Origin: Candidatus Woesebacteria bacterium
Lineage (GTDB): Bacteria > Patescibacteriota > Microgenomatia > UBA1400 > PJMF01
DNA length: 64,000 nucleotides
Direction of reading: 5' to 3'
Assembly: GCA_050123235.1 (NCBI GenBank)
Contig: JASFHL010000004.1
Location: 40,558-104,557 of the forward strand
Of this stretch, positions 1-8,731 are shown one piece after another. Under the pieces are notes generated by a model. It was not told where the DNA came from and searched no databases. It saw only the letters and a program-made list of their open reading frames with translations. Made by a program: the position numbers and the translations under genes. Every line of letters begins with the position of its first letter. The first letter of the stretch is position 1.

Positions 1-1252
1 GGACAACTGTAGGAAAGACAGTCATCACTCCATTGGGAAAAAAACTATGTAAAGTGTATTCATTAGTGCCTACACCATAACCAAAACTAGGATTACGAAC
101 TAAAACATCTATTCCTTCTTCTAACAATCTTTTTCTAATAGGAATTCCTGCTCCTTCATAAAAAGCGTTAAAACTTAGCAATACTCTTGGAATAATGACA
201 TAAGAAAGTAAAATCAAAGATAAACTTAAATAGAGCAAAAATTTTTTTCTACTAAATTTATTAATCATGAGCAAAATTTCTTTAGCATATTTTTTGAAAA
301 TAAGCAAAAAAACTAAAAAACTAGCTATCCAAATAGAGCGGCTCTGTGTCAAAACAATAATTATCAAAGCCATTAACATTACTAAAACATCTTGTTTTCT
401 TTGCTTAATCAAAACAATTGGTAAATATAAACTAAGCAAAAACAGAGTTACTAAAGCTAATTGATTATGAAAAAGTAAAGTACCAGTAACTCTATGAACT
501 GCATTGTTTTCATCTAAACCCATAGCAAAACTACCACCATGAAGACTTTCTAAAGGAATTCCAATTCCAGATTGTAAAATAAACTGCCAAATGCTAATGC
601 AAAATTGAAAAACTATCACAGCAGCAATTACTACGAATAATAGGGGAAATTTTTTTCTTTTGGCAAAAAAGATATATAAAGTGATAAAAGATGCTAGTAA
701 AATTTGCATATATTGAGATAACCAAACCAAGGAAAAATCGAGAAATGGCGAAAACTTCAATGAAGAACCTAGCGCAATTATAAAGAAAATAAACAAAGAA
801 AGAAAAACAGGCGAAACTTTTTTAAATGAAGTCAATATTTGCCAATTATTATTTTTCCAAATATCTCTCAAAACCATTAGCAAAGATAAAACCCAAAAAA
901 CATTGGAAATATTGACCCCATATCCTTGCCAATAACCATCTTTATATTGTGGCAAAAGCATATCCCATCCTCTGATTATTTCCACAGCATAGTATTTATT
1001 AGGCGTAAAAAATTGAGATGAGAAAACAGCCATCAAAAAGCTAGTTATTGAGCAATCGCGAATTTTTAGATTTAGAAAAAAAGCAGCTATGGCGAATAAC
1101 AACACAATGACTTTGAAACTGGCAAAGCCACCAAAAACTAATAATAAAGATAAAACTATTAATAATAAAACTAAATAATTAGCATCGACTTTGATAAAAG
1201 ATAAAAAAGATTGGAATTTTTTATTTTTTATTGAAAAAAAAGATGTTATCAT
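1..1252 (-). CDS. O-antigen ligase (Wzy_C/WaaL-like) membrane protein, 3' end truncated by the window
   Basis: Not in the ORF track. My translation of both ends on the minus strand (ATG at 1252) is in one frame: MITSFFSIKNKKFQSFLSFIKVDANYLVLLLIVLSLLLVFGG... and ...IPIRKRLLEEGIDVLVRNPSFGYGVGTNEYTLHSFFPNGVMTVFPTVV(H). It is multi-TM and has the R...P.FG.G.G...HN signature of O-antigen ligases. Confidence 0.8.
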   Translation of the reverse strand, partial: MITSFFSIKNKKFQSFLSFIKVDANYLVLLLIVLSLLLVFGGFASFKVIVLLFAIAAFFLNLKIRDCSITSFLMAVFSSQFFTPNKYYAVEIIRGWDMLLPQYKDGYWQGYGVNISNVFWVLSLLMVLRDIWKNNNWQILTSFKKVSPVFLSLFIFFIIALGSSLKFSPFLDFSLVWLSQYMQILLASFITLYIFFAKRKKFPLLFVVIAAVIVFQFCISIWQFILQSGIGIPLESLHGGSFAMGLDENNAVHRVTGTLLFHNQLALVTLFLLSLYLPIVLIKQRKQDVLVMLMALIIIVLTQSRSIWIASFLVFLLIFKKYAKEILLMINKFSRKKFLLYLSLSLILLSYVIIPRVLLSFNAFYEGAGIPIRKRLLEEGIDVLVRNPSFGYGVGTNEYTLHSFFPNGVMTVFPTVV

Positions 1253-1320
1253 GTTTTGCAATTGTATTATATTTGTATTATTTTAACAGTTAGGCTTTGT
1301 TCTTGTTAAAAAGTAGAACT

Positions 1321-1440
1321 TATGTTCAGTAAACTAATATTCTAAAAGTGAACCCTTGACGTTAGCCAGAGTTTCTGCGAAGCAGAAGAACATTCTGGCG
1401 AGAGTGGGTGAGTCTTTAGAATATTAGTTTACCAAACATA
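1321..1440. repeat. 120-bp imperfect palindrome / long hairpin in a divergent intergenic region
   Basis: Perfect 18-bp arms GTAAACTAATATTCTAAA (1329-1346) / TTTAGAATATTAGTTTAC (1415-1432). Nested stems are ACCC/GGGT, GCCAGAGT/ATTCTGGC and TTCTGC-GAA-GCAGAA. Confidence 0.8.
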
Positions 1441-1480
1441 TAAATAATTTAATCAACAAGAATAAAGCCTAACTGTTAGA

Positions 1481-2680
1481 ATGAAAGCAAATAAAAAAAC
1501 AATTATCATCCCCTTCCAGATGCCTTGGGATTGGTCAGCGGATTATCAAAAGCAAACTTGTTTTGTCTTAGCGAAAAAACATCAGGTAATTGCATTCATG
1601 TATCTTGATGCTGTTTTTTTTCTAAAAAAATTTTTTCAGAAAGAAAAAAAATATCCTCAGCTTCCAAACATCAACTTTTATCAACCCTCATATTTTTTAC
1701 CCTTTCGCCGCCTTGCTCTCATAAACAAAATTAATCAAATTATCAATCTCAAAATTATTGCCTGGAAATACAATCAGGCTCAAAACCTGCTCCACTCATG
1801 GCTCAAAAATATTTTTAGCTTTGAGCAAAAACGAAAAAACGGAAAAGAAAAAAACTTGATTCTCTGGATTTTTGACCCTTCATTTTACTTTTATCCAAAA
1901 ACTCTCAAAGCTACTTCTATCTATGACTGTGTGGACTATCAATGGCGCATCAATGAAGCTGAAAAAAAACAAGTTCAAGCAATGGAAAAAAAATTAATTG
2001 ACAATGTTGACTATTTTCTTGTTAATTCCAAAGCCCTGCAAAAAATCCATCAAAAACAACGAGTAGCTGACTTACTAGTACCACAGGGTTTTCGTTCTGA
2101 TGATTTTCAAAAAGCAAAAGCCGCTAAATCGCTCCCAAAGAACAAACCATTAATAGGCTTTGTAGGAGCCTTAGGCTATCGCCTAGATTATCCGCTACTT
2201 TTTTCTCTCATTGAGAACAACCCCCAGTGGAACTTTGTACTTTGGGGGCCAAAACAAATTGAAAAAAATCTCAAAGCAGATGAGACAGCCAAAAACTTAA
2301 AAAAATTACTTCAGTATGAAAATGTAATCTCTGGCGAAAATAAAAACAGAAAAAAAATTCCTAGTATTATCAAACAATTTGACGTTTGTATGATTCCTTA
2401 CAATCCAAATTATGATTTCAATCGCTACTGCTATCCGATGAAGTTATTTGAATACTTTTACTTAGGCAAGCCAGTAATCTCTACAGAAATTGAAGAACTT
2501 AAATATTTTCCTAAATATGTGAAAATTAGCAATCAAGCTGCTGAATGGGAAAAGCATATTTGTCAGCTACTAAAAAAACCTTGGCAAAAAAAATATCAAC
2601 AGGAACAAAAACAGCTAGCAATAGAAAACAGTTGGGAGAAAAAGGTTGAGATGATTTTAAAATTAATTGCTCGCAGATAA
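1481..2680 (+). CDS. GT-B glycosyltransferase (GT4/TuaH-like)
   Basis: Motifs YDCVDY, IGFVGAL.YRLD and FDVCMIPY...PMKLFEYF.LGKPVIST. Confidence 0.85.
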   Translation: MKANKKTIIIPFQMPWDWSADYQKQTCFVLAKKHQVIAFMYLDAVFFLKKFFQKEKKYPQLPNINFYQPSYFLPFRRLALINKINQIINLKIIAWKYNQAQNLLHSWLKNIFSFEQKRKNGKEKNLILWIFDPSFYFYPKTLKATSIYDCVDYQWRINEAEKKQVQAMEKKLIDNVDYFLVNSKALQKIHQKQRVADLLVPQGFRSDDFQKAKAAKSLPKNKPLIGFVGALGYRLDYPLLFSLIENNPQWNFVLWGPKQIEKNLKADETAKNLKKLLQYENVISGENKNRKKIPSIIKQFDVCMIPYNPNYDFNRYCYPMKLFEYFYLGKPVISTEIEELKYFPKYVKISNQAAEWEKHICQLLKKPWQKKYQQEQKQLAIENSWEKKVEMILKLIARR

Positions 2681-2734
2681 GCACTGTATAATTAAGCCAG
2701 AAAAAACTATTAAAGCCTGTTAAAATCAATTTTC

Positions 2735-3712
2735 ATGAACTCAAAAATATTTATCGTTATCCCTACCATCCGCAATCTTGATTTTTTGAAAAAATGGAAG
2801 CAGCAATTCCAAAATGTCTCTATTATTATCTGTGAGGATCGTCCTCAAAAAACTATTAAAATTCCTAAAGTAGGAAAAAAAACTTATCATTATTCATGGC
2901 AAGAAATAGACAATGACTTAGGCAAAGATTCATGGATTGTACCCAGAAAAGTCTCTGGCATTCGTAATTATGGTTTTCTTAAAGCTTATCAAATGGGAGC
3001 TAAGATCATCATCACTATTGACGATGATTGTTATCCTGTTAAAGGGCACAAGTTGGTGGATCTGCACTCTCAAAATCTCCAACTTAAAGCTCCAGCAAAA
3101 TGGACCAATACTTACCCAGATGCCCGCCATCTCTATACCCGTGGCATGCCCTACCTAAATAGAGATGAACAGCCAGTGATGCTCAGTCATGGCTTATGGA
3201 CTCGTGTTTTAGATCATGATGGAGCTACTCATTTACAAAACTTAAAATTCAGAGCTAAATTTGCTGAACACTTCTTACAAATTATTCCCAGTGGGGCTTA
3301 TTTCCCAATGTGTTCTATGAATCTAGCTTTTAGAAGAGAAATAACAGCCTTGATGTATTTTCCCTTGATGGCTGAGGATAAAGAAGGTAAACAATGGGGA
3401 TATAATCGCTTTGATGATATTTGGGCAGGCATTTTTGCCAAAAAAATCATGGATCATTTAGGCTATGCTGTTGTCAATGGAGCGCCTTTTGTTAAACATA
3501 AAAAAGCATCTGATCCTTTTAAAAATCTGCAAAAAGAAGCCAAAGGTATTGAAACGAATGAGAAATTATGGAGAGCAGTAGATGAAGTAAAATTGACTAA
3601 AAAAACTACAGCAAGCTGTTATATTGAGCTGGCAAAAAAAACAAAATTCCCTAAGGAAAGATATTTTGAAAAACTAAGAGAGGCAATGCTGATTTGGGGA
3701 GAAATCTTATAA
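2735..3712 (+). CDS. Reversibly glycosylated polypeptide / UDP-arabinopyranose mutase family protein (GT75)
   Basis: Motifs IVIPTIRNLDFL, TIDDDC, RGMPY, SHGLW, FPMCSMNLAF, RFDDIWAG and HKKASDPF.NL.KE.KGI follow the order of the plant RGP/UAM motifs as I recall them. Confidence 0.88.
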   Translation: MNSKIFIVIPTIRNLDFLKKWKQQFQNVSIIICEDRPQKTIKIPKVGKKTYHYSWQEIDNDLGKDSWIVPRKVSGIRNYGFLKAYQMGAKIIITIDDDCYPVKGHKLVDLHSQNLQLKAPAKWTNTYPDARHLYTRGMPYLNRDEQPVMLSHGLWTRVLDHDGATHLQNLKFRAKFAEHFLQIIPSGAYFPMCSMNLAFRREITALMYFPLMAEDKEGKQWGYNRFDDIWAGIFAKKIMDHLGYAVVNGAPFVKHKKASDPFKNLQKEAKGIETNEKLWRAVDEVKLTKKTTASCYIELAKKTKFPKERYFEKLREAMLIWGEIL

Positions 3713-4933
3713 ATATTTTGTCAAAGATTTCAAAAAAGCTTTCTGGCTGTAACTCTTCTTTAATAAAGCACAATTTTTTTTAATCAATTGTTTTTTCTTA
3801 TTAGTGAGCATGGTATACCATTTGATTTTTTTAGCTAATGACTTAATTGATAAGCTATTAACAATCAAATCATCATTTACTCTTCCTAACAATTCAGGGG
3901 TTGCACCAGATCTAAAACCTAATACAGGAGTATTCAAAATCAAAGATTCTAGAGTAGTAAGTCCCAAGGTTTCATATTGAGCTGAAGGAAGAATTGTTAA
4001 ATCAGCAAGTTTAAAATACTTTAAGACATCATCATGTTTAATAGCGCCTAAAAAGAATACATTTTTATATAAAGAATGTCTGAAATAATAATCCCACAGA
4101 GAAAAATAATATTCTATTCTATCACTTGGACCTAGAATAAAGACTTTTATGTTAATCGTATTTTTAATCTCATTAAAAAACTTGATCGCCTTTAATAATA
4201 GATGGACTCCCTTCCTCGGCTCTAATCTAGAACCAATCACAATTAAAAAATCTTTATTAGATACAGAAATATCTTTTCTAGTAATGCTTTTTAATTTATC
4301 CTCATCTATAAAAATAGGGGGATTAATTTTTTCTATATTGTGACTTGAAAGTTTGAAATAATTTATCAGTATTTGTTTAGAAAAATCACTAAAGACAAAA
4401 ATTAAATCTACCTTTTTTAAAATAATTTTTTGCAAATGAAAGAAAAACACATTAGCAAGCTTAAATCTGATTCTTGCAAGCAATTTCCATTGTCTTAAAT
4501 CTTTTTTGGAATACAGGCTTTCTCTCTCTAAAGTTAAGGCGCCATGGAAAAAAAACATTACTTTAAGTTTTTTACTAATAGAACTAAGCAAAAAACCCAA
4601 ACCTGAAGACGTTAAGTTGAGGAAAATATAATCAATTTCATGCTTTGACAGAATTTTTGTTATTAATTTCTTTGTGTTTAGAGCTATAGTAAAACATGTT
4701 TTCAAATAAGATTTGCTTGGCTTTAAATTGTAAAAATAAACTTTTTCACAGGAATTTCTAGCCTGTTTTAGTAAAGGTCGATTTAAACTACTTTTAAAAA
4801 TTCCTGTTAATAAAAAAACATTAGCTTCATGGGACAATGCCTTCAGCATATTAAGATTAACTCTAGTCCCGCCTCCTAACTCCAAAAAATCAAAAATAAT
4901 TAGTATGTTTTTTCCTTGCAATGATTTTTTCAT
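3707..4933 (-). CDS. Glycosyltransferase family 4
   Basis: N-terminal GGG, RLEPRKG, and LPS..YETLGLTTLES. Confidence 0.88.
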   Translation of the reverse strand: MKKSLQGKNILIIFDFLELGGGTRVNLNMLKALSHEANVFLLTGIFKSSLNRPLLKQARNSCEKVYFYNLKPSKSYLKTCFTIALNTKKLITKILSKHEIDYIFLNLTSSGLGFLLSSISKKLKVMFFFHGALTLERESLYSKKDLRQWKLLARIRFKLANVFFFHLQKIILKKVDLIFVFSDFSKQILINYFKLSSHNIEKINPPIFIDEDKLKSITRKDISVSNKDFLIVIGSRLEPRKGVHLLLKAIKFFNEIKNTINIKVFILGPSDRIEYYFSLWDYYFRHSLYKNVFFLGAIKHDDVLKYFKLADLTILPSAQYETLGLTTLESLILNTPVLGFRSGATPELLGRVNDDLIVNSLSIKSLAKKIKWYTMLTNKKKQLIKKNCALLKKSYSQKAFLKSLTKYL

Positions 4934-6092
4934 AAAACTCTATACTTTTTTGAGCTGTTTCTTTTAAATTATATCTAGATGAAACAGTTTGAAAAGCGGC
5001 TTCTCCTATTTTTTTACGTAACTCACTACTTGATAATAAAAGACTAATTTTATCAACTGAATCCTTGATATCGTTTTTTTTAATTAACAAACCTGTTTTT
5101 TTGTGTTCAATAATATTTGCTATACCACCCACTTTACTAGCAACTACAGCCTTCTTAAGACTCATAGCTTCAATAATAGTTAAACCAAAGGATTCATATA
5201 ATGATGGAAAAATACAGACATCAGCTAATCGGTATAGTTTTTCCAAAAGATTTCGATCGCCAACATATCCCAGAAAGTGAACCTTCAATAAATCTTCAAC
5301 AGAGAAATGCTGATGTACAAAGTTCTTAAGTCCCAAGTTATCTTCACCAACAATTATAAAATTGGTGAAAGGATGTTTTTTTAGAATATATTTGATTGAT
5401 TTTAAAAAAACAAATATCCCTTTTCTCTTTTCCAATCTACCAAGAAAGAGAACATTTAAATTTTTTTCCTCAGAGGATGCGAGAATTGAATGCTGCTGTT
5501 TTTCCTTTGGTATCTTAATACCTATAGGAAGAATTTTAATTTTTTTATTTTTTAATTTATATATCCTTTTGCAAAAGCTGGCATGTTTGATGGTACTGCT
5601 TGTTAAGACAGTATCTTTACAAGAAACAAAAATTTTTTCCATTGTTGATATTAATCTGGCTGATAAACTATCGTCTTCTTCTATTTGGTATAAGGTTTTA
5701 CTAACAGTATGCAATCTGACCACAATAGGGATATTTAAGAAACCGTTAAAAAATAAAGTAAATATCGAACCTTCAGCCTCCCAATTAGGAAACTCTATCA
5801 GTGAAATTCCTTGTTGTAAATGAATGTAGATTAAATAAAAAGCGATCTGAAAATTATGTATAAAAAATTTTAAAAATCTTTTATTTAGAAAACCAGATTT
5901 AGGAAGCCACCCAAGCGAGTAAATAAAAATATTCCCCCTTTGAAAATGACCCTTCTGTTGCGATCTGGTTAGAATTATAATTTTATTCTTTTTGCTAATT
6001 TCTTTTGCCAGATTTTCAATATAAATTCCTATACCTGAATTTTTTTTATTAGTTAAAATAGGGTAATTCTTATAAACAAAACAAATATTCAT
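4890..6092 (-). CDS. Glycosyltransferase family 4
   Basis: FLGRLEKRKG and FPSLYESFGLTIIEAMS..KAVVAS.VGG. Confidence 0.92.
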   Translation of the reverse strand: MNICFVYKNYPILTNKKNSGIGIYIENLAKEISKKNKIIILTRSQQKGHFQRGNIFIYSLGWLPKSGFLNKRFLKFFIHNFQIAFYLIYIHLQQGISLIEFPNWEAEGSIFTLFFNGFLNIPIVVRLHTVSKTLYQIEEDDSLSARLISTMEKIFVSCKDTVLTSSTIKHASFCKRIYKLKNKKIKILPIGIKIPKEKQQHSILASSEEKNLNVLFLGRLEKRKGIFVFLKSIKYILKKHPFTNFIIVGEDNLGLKNFVHQHFSVEDLLKVHFLGYVGDRNLLEKLYRLADVCIFPSLYESFGLTIIEAMSLKKAVVASKVGGIANIIEHKKTGLLIKKNDIKDSVDKISLLLSSSELRKKIGEAAFQTVSSRYNLKETAQKSIEFYEKIIARKKHTNYF

Positions 6093-6134
6093 ATCTTGAT
6101 GCTATATAAAAAATATCATATATAATAAGACCTC

Positions 6135-7058
6135 ATGGCTAAAATCTCTGTCGTCGTCTGCACGTATAATAGGAGCCCCCAAATTAATTTCTTCCTAAAA
6201 TACTTTTTACAACAAAAATTCACAAACTATGAATTGCTTATTATAGACCAAAGTACTAATAATAAAACAAAAAAAACTATAAAAAAATATCAAAATAGAC
6301 TAACAATTATTTATCATAGACTAAAGAAAAAAGGAATATCACTAGCTCGTAATTTTGCTATCAAAAAGGCTAAAGGCGAAATCATAGCTTTTACTGATGA
6401 CGATTGTATTGCTGATAAAAATTGGTTAAAGCAGATAAATCAGTCTTTCAAAAAATATAAAAACATCAACCTTATTTTTGGACAAACCTTACCTTTTCGG
6501 CCAGAAAAAAATAAAGGTTTAATCTGTCCTAGTATATTTACAAAAAAAACTATAAAAATTATCCAGCAACCTTGTGTTCATTATAAAAATATTGGCTTTG
6601 GTAACAATATGGCCTTCAGAAAAAAAATTTTTAATCAGATAGGAGTTTTTAAAACATGGTTAGGAATTGGAAGTATTGGTAAATCCGCAGATGATGCAGA
6701 GCTTGCTATCCGAGCATTAATTAAAGGCAACAAAATTTTGTACAAGCCAGATATTAAAATTTACCACAACCGTTGGCTAACAATAAAACAATATAAAAAT
6801 TTAGAACTGACTTATAACTGCGGAGAAATGGCATGCTATGGATACTTTGCTTTTCAAAAATACAATTTTGCTAATAAATTAGTCAAAGACAATTTGATGC
6901 ATTTTTTAAGAAACTGCCAACAAACTGTTATTTCAGTATTCAAATTTAAAAAAAATAGCTTTGTTAATTTCAGGGATCTGACAAAAGAATTTATATTTAA
7001 ATTAAAAGGTATAATAATAGCTTTTTATTTTTATCAATTTGATCCTTTAGTGAGATGA
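6135..7058 (+). CDS. Glycosyltransferase family 2
   Basis: ISVVVCTYNR, ARN, and IAFTDDDC (DxD). Confidence 0.92.
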   Translation: MAKISVVVCTYNRSPQINFFLKYFLQQKFTNYELLIIDQSTNNKTKKTIKKYQNRLTIIYHRLKKKGISLARNFAIKKAKGEIIAFTDDDCIADKNWLKQINQSFKKYKNINLIFGQTLPFRPEKNKGLICPSIFTKKTIKIIQQPCVHYKNIGFGNNMAFRKKIFNQIGVFKTWLGIGSIGKSADDAELAIRALIKGNKILYKPDIKIYHNRWLTIKQYKNLELTYNCGEMACYGYFAFQKYNFANKLVKDNLMHFLRNCQQTVISVFKFKKNSFVNFRDLTKEFIFKLKGIIIAFYFYQFDPLVR

Positions 7059-7108
7059 AAAAATTAACAAAATTTATTCAATTAAGGAATCTAGATATAT
7101 CCTTCAAA

Positions 7109-7834
7109 CTATTTTAAATAATAACTCTTCAAAATATCTTTCTTACCATCTCTCTTCACCTTCCCCTTTTCCAACCACAAAATCCGTTCACAATTCTTTT
7201 TTAAAAACTCCAACCAGTGACTGACGATCACAATTGTCTTTTTCTTCTCAAAAAACTCATCGATTTTTTCTTCTGTTTTTATTCTGAATCTTTCATCACC
7301 TACAGCTACATTTTCATCTAAGACTAGAATATCAGGATCAGAATGCACTGCCACTGCAAATCCCAACCTCAAAGTCATGCCCGCAGAATAAGTATATAGC
7401 GGAGCATCGATAAACTGACCAATGTCTGCGAACTCAACAATTTTTTTAAACTTCTGTTTAATTTCTTTTTTGCTCATCCCTATTACCAGGCCATTCAAAA
7501 AAATATTTTCCTCACCTGTTAAATCAGGATGAAAGCCAGCTGATAAATCTATGAGTGATACGATTTTACCATTGGTTTTAACTTTACCTCTGCTTGGGGT
7601 AGTAATGCCAGTAATAATTTTTAGTAATGTAGTTTTACCAGAGCCATTTGCTCCAATGATACCAACTTTCTCTCCTTGATAAATTTTTAGATCAATTTTA
7701 TTTAGAGCTTTAAATTTTTCTTTACGACGACGACGGATAATGTTTTCAGCAAAGGTGGGTTTCTCATGGTGAAGAGTATAAATTTTAGTAATTTTTTGAA
7801 GTGAAACTGCCAATTTTCTTTTTTTCATGCACAT
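7109..7834 (-). CDS. wzt: Polysaccharide ABC exporter ATP-binding subunit (Wzt/TagH-like)
   Basis: Walker A GANGSGKTT, signature YSAGMTLRLGFA, Walker B ILVLDE; adjacent to the permease. Confidence 0.88.
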   Translation of the reverse strand: MCMKKRKLAVSLQKITKIYTLHHEKPTFAENIIRRRRKEKFKALNKIDLKIYQGEKVGIIGANGSGKTTLLKIITGITTPSRGKVKTNGKIVSLIDLSAGFHPDLTGEENIFLNGLVIGMSKKEIKQKFKKIVEFADIGQFIDAPLYTYSAGMTLRLGFAVAVHSDPDILVLDENVAVGDERFRIKTEEKIDEFFEKKKTIVIVSHWLEFLKKNCERILWLEKGKVKRDGKKDILKSYYLK

Positions 7835-7876
7835 TGGATGGTAAATCAGGAGAGATAATCTGACAAGACGAGAACT

Positions 7877-8656
7877 TTACAACCAATCATCAAAATTAGG
7901 ACTTTCTCTGCGAAAAACAAAAATTGCTAACATCGCTAAAATTAGCGTACTCAACAAGCTGATCATTAAATAAAAAGTCTGCGGGGCAGGCAAAGCTAGA
8001 ATTGAAAAACGGCTAGCCTCGATTAAGGCTGTCATTGGATTAAGGTAAAACAAGAAGTGTAATGATTTTGGAATTAAATCAAGAGTATAAACCACTGGAG
8101 TGGCATAAAACCACAGCGGCATGATTGCTTTGACTACAAAATTAACATCCCGGAATCGAACATTTAAACTAGAGAAAAAAAGCGACAAAGCACTAGTTAA
8201 AACAATTAGCCAAATTAAAATTAGAGGCAAGAAAATTAATCGCGAAAAATTCATTTTTCCTAAAATTAAGACTACTATTAATAATAGTACAAGAGAAATT
8301 AAAAGATGAAATAAATTGGAAAGAACTATTGATAAAGTAATTGCTTCCCGAGGCAGCTTAGCTTTTTGAATTAAAGTTCTTTCAAAAACATAAATTGGGG
8401 TGCTTTTCATCACTGTCATCGAGAAAAAGTTCCAGGGCAGTAGGCCAACAAATAAAAATAAAAAGTAATTATCAATTTTGACTGGTATAAAAAATTGAAA
8501 CACAAAACCAATTACTAACATTTGCAAAAGTGGATTCAAAATTACCCATAAAAAGCCTAAAATTGCATGCTTGTAACGAGCTTTGATTTCTTTTTCAGTG
8601 AGGCTTAATAAAAACTCTAACCAATAATGAAAGTATCTTTTTGAAATTATTTTCAC
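7877..8656 (-). CDS. wzm: Polysaccharide ABC exporter permease (Wzm/TagG-like)
   Basis: KARYK..ILGFLW.ILNPL, FRD, FYATPVVY and LNPMT; about 6 TM segments; GTG start. Confidence 0.88.
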   Translation of the reverse strand: MKIISKRYFHYWLEFLLSLTEKEIKARYKHAILGFLWVILNPLLQMLVIGFVFQFFIPVKIDNYFLFLFVGLLPWNFFSMTVMKSTPIYVFERTLIQKAKLPREAITLSIVLSNLFHLLISLVLLLIVVLILGKMNFSRLIFLPLILIWLIVLTSALSLFFSSLNVRFRDVNFVVKAIMPLWFYATPVVYTLDLIPKSLHFLFYLNPMTALIEASRFSILALPAPQTFYLMISLLSTLILAMLAIFVFRRESPNFDDWL

Positions 8657-8731
8657 AGCACTGAGCAGTATACCTCAAAACTCCCTATTGACGCCTATTA
8701 AAAAATATCTGTATTCTAGATATGTACTATT

